Shown here in pieces: positions 60,119 through 64,000 of a DNA stretch of 64,000 bases. Each line of letters opens with the position of its first letter. The stretch's first letter is position 1. The notes beneath the pieces are model-generated. The model ran no database searches, had not been told where the DNA came from, and saw only the letters and a program-made list of their open reading frames with translations. Origin of the DNA: Myxococcota bacterium (lineage in GTDB: Bacteria; Myxococcota_A; UBA796; SXON01); contig JAZKFH010000025.1 in NCBI GenBank assembly GCA_040386535.1, positions 64,001 to 128,000 on the forward strand, in the 5' to 3' direction. Position numbers and translations under genes: made by a program.

Positions 60119-61140
60119 GGGAGGGCTCCGGGGGTGAAATAGACGACCTCCCGATCCGTCGCGAGCAGCGGACGTTCGGAGAGCGGGAGGAATCGCCTCA
60201 GCTCGCCCTCGGCGCGCGCGACGACCGCCTGCGTGGCGAGGTCGATCACGAGCACAGCGTCCATCGGCGGGTGCTCCAGCGTCCGCAGCACCTCGTCTCG
60301 CGACAGGTCGGTGGTGGGCGGCACGGTGAGCGAGGGGAGCGGCCACTCCACGAACCGGTCGGTGGTGCCGGGGCCGACCGCTACGAGGAGCCAGCGCCCG
60401 CCGGGATCGACGAAGAGGCCGCGCGCGGCGCCGTCGACCGGCAGGGTCCAGCGGATGTCGAGCGTGTTGGGATCGAAGGCGCGGACGAGGGGCGAGGGCC
60501 ACGCGACGAGGTAGGCCTCGACGCCCGAGGGGTGGAGCGCGAGCCAGCCGGGCCACGACACCGACGCTGTGGCGGCGCCCAGCCGCACCGTGCGCGAGCC
60601 GTTCCCGACGCGCACGAGCTGCCCCGCGCCGTCGATCCCGCGGAGCCAGGTGATGCGCCCGCTCCCGGGCCCGACGATGACGCGGTGGAAGCCGCTGCGC
60701 CAACCCGCCGCCATGCCCGCGTTCCATGCGGCGCCGAACTCGATGGCCGCGGTGCCGAGAGAGGGCGCGTCCTCCTCGAGGGGCGGGGGAGGGGACCCGG
60801 GGGAGGGGGGGCCGACCGTGCCATCCGCGGCGAGGGGCGCCACGCAGCGCGGGGACTCCGCGATCGCGGGGGGGCAGGCGCCCTCGACTTCCCACCCGGA
60901 CGGCGTGGCGCGGAGGGTGTCGAACGCGGCCAGCGCGCCCGGCGTGCCGATGGGGACGGCGTCGGGGAGGGACACGAGCCCGCCGCGGACGAGCGCGCGG
61001 CAGTCCGCCCCGTCACACGCCACGTCCGCGAGGCCCGGCACGGAGAGGCGGGACTCGCCGGGCGCCGAACGCGTGTCGACACCGGGACCGGAGACGCGGC
61101 CAACGCCTGGACAAGCCAACAGGAGGAGCAGCAGGGGCAC
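60115..61140 (-). CDS. Hypothetical lipoprotein, beta-propeller-like C-terminus
   Basis: LLLAC lipobox; 'LALHPSG.EAY', 'VDPGGRWLLV'. Confidence 0.65.
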   Translation of the reverse strand: MPLLLLLLACPGVGRVSGPGVDTRSAPGESRLSVPGLADVACDGADCRALVRGGLVSLPDAVPIGTPGALAAFDTLRATPSGWEVEGACPPAIAESPRCVAPLAADGTVGPPSPGSPPPPLEEDAPSLGTAAIEFGAAWNAGMAAGWRSGFHRVIVGPGSGRITWLRGIDGAGQLVRVGNGSRTVRLGAATASVSWPGWLALHPSGVEAYLVAWPSPLVRAFDPNTLDIRWTLPVDGAARGLFVDPGGRWLLVAVGPGTTDRFVEWPLPSLTVPPTTDLSRDEVLRTLEHPPMDAVLVIDLATQAVVARAEGELRRFLPLSERPLLATDREVVYFTPGALP

Positions 61141-61195
61141 CCCCGCGGTCTAACCGTTTGTTGCCTTGGGACGGTCGGGTCATTATTGCTGGGCG

Positions 61196-62026
61196 ATGTC
61201 GAGAGACGATGGGCGTCCGGGCCGTGGCCCGGTTGGTGGTGGTGGGGCGGTTCGCAGGGGCCCGCCTGGGCGCGACGACCGTCGGCGCCCGTCGCGTGAG
61301 GATCCGCATGCCAAGCGCGCGGCCGAGATCGCCCGTACCACCGGCCTCACCATCGAGGCCGCCCGCACGGTGGCCGCAGGGCGGGCGGATCTGAACGACC
61401 TGCTCAAGCGCATGGCGTTCCAGGACGAGGTCCAGGCGCTCATGACCCGGCACGAGCTCAACCGCGCCCTGGCGACGCAGATCGTCATGGGGCAGGCGAA
61501 CCTCGCGCAGGTGTTGACGCGCCGGCGCGTCGAGAGCCAGCTGGAGGCCAATCGTGACCGCACGGTCCTCGAGCTCGCCTTGGCGGACGGGCGGGAGCTG
61601 ACCCTGGGCCTCCACGGCCATCGCCAGCTCCGCGCGCGCATCCGCGCCGTGGAGCGGTACGAGGTAGTGCTCCTCGAGAGCGAGGCCAACGTGGAGCATC
61701 GCGTCCACAAGCTGCAGATCAAGTACGCCTACGCGCCGGACGACCACAAGAAGGTCCGCAAGGGCCTCGACTACGACAAGGCCCGCCGCGACGCCGTGGT
61801 GGAGCCGATCCCCCGCCCACAGGATCGGTACGCCTGCTCCGATCGCCGACTCGGGCTGGCGCTGGATCGGAAGCTCCCCGTCACGACCGTGACCCTCGAA
61901 GGCGAGTGTTTCAACGGGGAGATCGCGTGGGTTTCCCGCTACGAATTCGCCGTCCGCACCCGGGCCGGGGGTGAGGTGGTCATCTTCCGGCACGCGCTCG
62001 CCGAGCTCCGCGAACCCGCCAGCTAG
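61196..62026 (+). CDS. Hypothetical protein with two tandem Hfq/Sm-like domains
   Basis: C-terminal 'LPVTTVTLEGECFNGEIAWVSRYEFAV...VVIFRHAL' follows the Hfq Sm1/Sm2 pattern; a more diverged copy lies upstream. Confidence 0.65.
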   Translation: MSRDDGRPGRGPVGGGGAVRRGPPGRDDRRRPSREDPHAKRAAEIARTTGLTIEAARTVAAGRADLNDLLKRMAFQDEVQALMTRHELNRALATQIVMGQANLAQVLTRRRVESQLEANRDRTVLELALADGRELTLGLHGHRQLRARIRAVERYEVVLLESEANVEHRVHKLQIKYAYAPDDHKKVRKGLDYDKARRDAVVEPIPRPQDRYACSDRRLGLALDRKLPVTTVTLEGECFNGEIAWVSRYEFAVRTRAGGEVVIFRHALAELREPAS

Positions 62027-62089
62027 CACTCCGTCCGGGGGGCTGGCGCCCCGCCGACACGTTAGGCGCCCTGCTCGAAACAGGTGCGC

Positions 62090-62704
62090 ATGGGTGTTCT
62101 GAAGGGCGGGTTGTCGGTACGGCGCTATCGAGCGGAGCAGCCGCCCGAGGGCTTCCGTGACACGTACATCGCGGCGCTCGAAGAGAACCAGTTCCGCGAG
62201 CCCCTCACCGAGGTGCACAAGGAGCAGAAGGTGGGGTGGTGCCAGGTGCACAACCTGCTGGACACGTCGTTCCTGGACACGAACCGCTGGCTGTACAATC
62301 AATACGCCGTGTTCGGCATGCGCATCGACAAGAAGGTGCTGCCGGCGAAGCTGTTCCAGGCGCACCTCCAGAAGCGCTGCGAGGGCTGGAACCAGGCGAA
62401 CGGCCGCGAGCGCACCCCCTCCAAGGTCAAGGGGGAGCTCAAGGAGGCGCTGGAGCTGGAGATGCTCCTCAAGACGCTTCCGCGCGTCGCGGTCTACGAG
62501 GTCGCCTGGAACATCAACGAGGGGTGGGTCATCTTCCACAACCAGTCGGAGGTGCCGAACGACACCTTCCGGAAGTTGTTCCACCGCACCTTCGGCATGG
62601 CGCTCGTGCCCCACGATCCGCTCGACTTCATCGCGGATCGCCTCGACTACATCGACGGCCTCGTCAGCAGCGGCGCCAGTGACCTGCGCATGGAGCACTC
62701 GTGA
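62090..62704 (+). CDS. RdgC-like recombination-associated protein (first of pair)
   Basis: 'KVGWC', 'MRIDKKVLPA', 'ELKEALELEML...P', 'FRKLFHRTFG'. Confidence 0.7.
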   Translation: MGVLKGGLSVRRYRAEQPPEGFRDTYIAALEENQFREPLTEVHKEQKVGWCQVHNLLDTSFLDTNRWLYNQYAVFGMRIDKKVLPAKLFQAHLQKRCEGWNQANGRERTPSKVKGELKEALELEMLLKTLPRVAVYEVAWNINEGWVIFHNQSEVPNDTFRKLFHRTFGMALVPHDPLDFIADRLDYIDGLVSSGASDLRMEHS

Positions 62705-63264
62705 GCGACACCGAAGAGTCCGAGGGCGTACCTCCGCACGTGGCCTCCGAGTTCTTCCTCTGGCTCTGGTACCAGAGCGAGACTGGGCAGGGCCGGGTCG
62801 ACTTTGGCGAGACCGGCGGCTCGGTCGAGTACTGGGTCGACGATCGCATCGCCTTCCGCACCGTCGGCGAGGAGAAGGTCTCCGCGGTCATGACCGGCGA
62901 CAACCCGTCGCTTTCGCCCGAGGCGCACGCCGCGCTCGCGGGCGGCAAGGTCATCCGGGACGTGCGTCTCGCCATCCGCCGTGAGGATCGCGAGTACGCG
63001 GTCACCCTCAAGGCGCCGCGGATCGAGATCGCCGGCGCCAAGCTCCCGGCCCTGGTCAAGAGCGGAGACGACGGCGAGGTGCTCTACGAGCGGATGTTCC
63101 TGTACGAAGAGCTGCACTTCGTGCTCGGCGGCCTGTTCCGCGCCTTCGCAGAGGCACGGTGCGCGGACGAGTGGCGCGAGCGGACGCTCCCCGATCTGCG
63201 CCGTTGGGTCGCCGCGGCGCCGGGTGGCTCCGCTGGGCTTGACGCGGGCGCGGAAGCATCATAA
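62701..63264 (+). CDS. RdgC-associated / RdgC C-terminal-like protein (second of pair)
   Basis: 'EFFLWLWY', 'EAHAALAGGK', 'ERMFL.E..F..F'; GTGA-coupled to the previous gene. Confidence 0.62.
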   Translation: MSDTEESEGVPPHVASEFFLWLWYQSETGQGRVDFGETGGSVEYWVDDRIAFRTVGEEKVSAVMTGDNPSLSPEAHAALAGGKVIRDVRLAIRREDREYAVTLKAPRIEIAGAKLPALVKSGDDGEVLYERMFLYEELHFVLGGLFRAFAEARCADEWRERTLPDLRRWVAAAPGGSAGLDAGAEAS

Positions 63265-63318
63265 GAGGGTGGGCCGGCAACGGTCGCTGATCCTTTCAGC
63301 GGCTATTGCTTCAGAAAT

Positions 63319-63395
<77 letters not shown>

Positions 63396-63564
63396 CTCCC
63401 CCTCATTCGTGAAGTCTCATTCGTGAAGCAGTCGCCTCCAGGGTTGCCTGCCGACGCATCTGCGCGGTAGGTTGGAAGATGCGGGCCACGACCACGAACA
63501 GCACGCTGACACGCCCATTTGGCAAGCGCGAGGCCCCCGCCCGCTGCCAAAGGGTGGCGCGTAG

Positions 63565-64000
63565 ATGATCCTACGCTTCTGGGGCGTGCGTGGATCGATC
63601 GCCGTCCCCGGTATCGACACGAGCCGGTACGGTGGCAACACGTCGTGTGTCGAGGTGACCGCGCCCGGGGTCGCGTCGCTCGTGTTCGATTGTGGCACCG
63701 GCGCCCGCGCGTTGGGGCGCGCCCTGTTGGCGAGGCCGGAGCGAGAGCTGCATCTGCTCTTCTCCCACTTCCACATGGATCACGTCTTCGGCTTCCCGTT
63801 CTTCGCGCCCATCTTTGCGCCCTCCTTCGAGACCACGGTGTCGGCGCCCGCCTTCCACCCGGACGGCGCGAAGGACCGCCTCGCACGGTACCTCAACGGG
63901 GTGTTCCACCCGCTGCGGCTGCCCGAGGTGCCCGGCCGCATCGTGTACGACGCGATCCGGCCCGCCCGCCCCTTCACGCGGGGCCCGTGGGAAATCGTCG
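63565..64000 (+). CDS. MBL-fold metallo-hydrolase (partial; runs off the window)
   Basis: MILRFWGVRGSIAVPG..T..YGGNTSCVEV, DCGTG, SHFHMDH. Confidence 0.92.
   Translation, partial: MILRFWGVRGSIAVPGIDTSRYGGNTSCVEVTAPGVASLVFDCGTGARALGRALLARPERELHLLFSHFHMDHVFGFPFFAPIFAPSFETTVSAPAFHPDGAKDRLARYLNGVFHPLRLPEVPGRIVYDAIRPARPFTRGPWEIV

Overview
A very GC-rich bacterial chromosomal segment, most consistent with a Myxococcota-like organism. That reading rests on MYXO-CTERM-like C-terminal sorting tails, many DCDD..PGA.E.CDG.D.DCDG 'MopE-related' repeats and a membrane Ser/Thr kinase. It holds about 50 genes: housekeeping (fadH, recQ, rpmB, bcp, Slt-type lytic transglycosylase, tRNA-Arg(CCG), two RdgC-like ORFs), a vapBC toxin-antitoxin pair with a palindromic operator, an ECF sigma/ChrR-like anti-sigma pair with a candidate self-promoter, and many secreted or surface proteins. 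No integrase, transposase or CRISPR array was seen. The most unusual observations are: (i) an operon of enzyme-fold proteins with eroded active sites (a biotin-carboxylase homolog lacking its catalytic motifs, plus two coupled M14/AstE paralogs that lost complementary catalytic residues); (ii) a protein with two tandem Hfq/Sm-like domains upstream of the RdgC-like pair and a tRNA; (iii) a ~150-nt rod-shaped, 6S-like RNA candidate next to rpmB; (iv) a ~2000-aa TPR/macroglobulin-like gene divergent from a paralog pair, only one of which carries an inserted LysM; (v) several palindromic intergenic repeats; (vi) a 59-aa ORF missed by the ORF track. All family calls come from reading motifs by eye; no searches were run.
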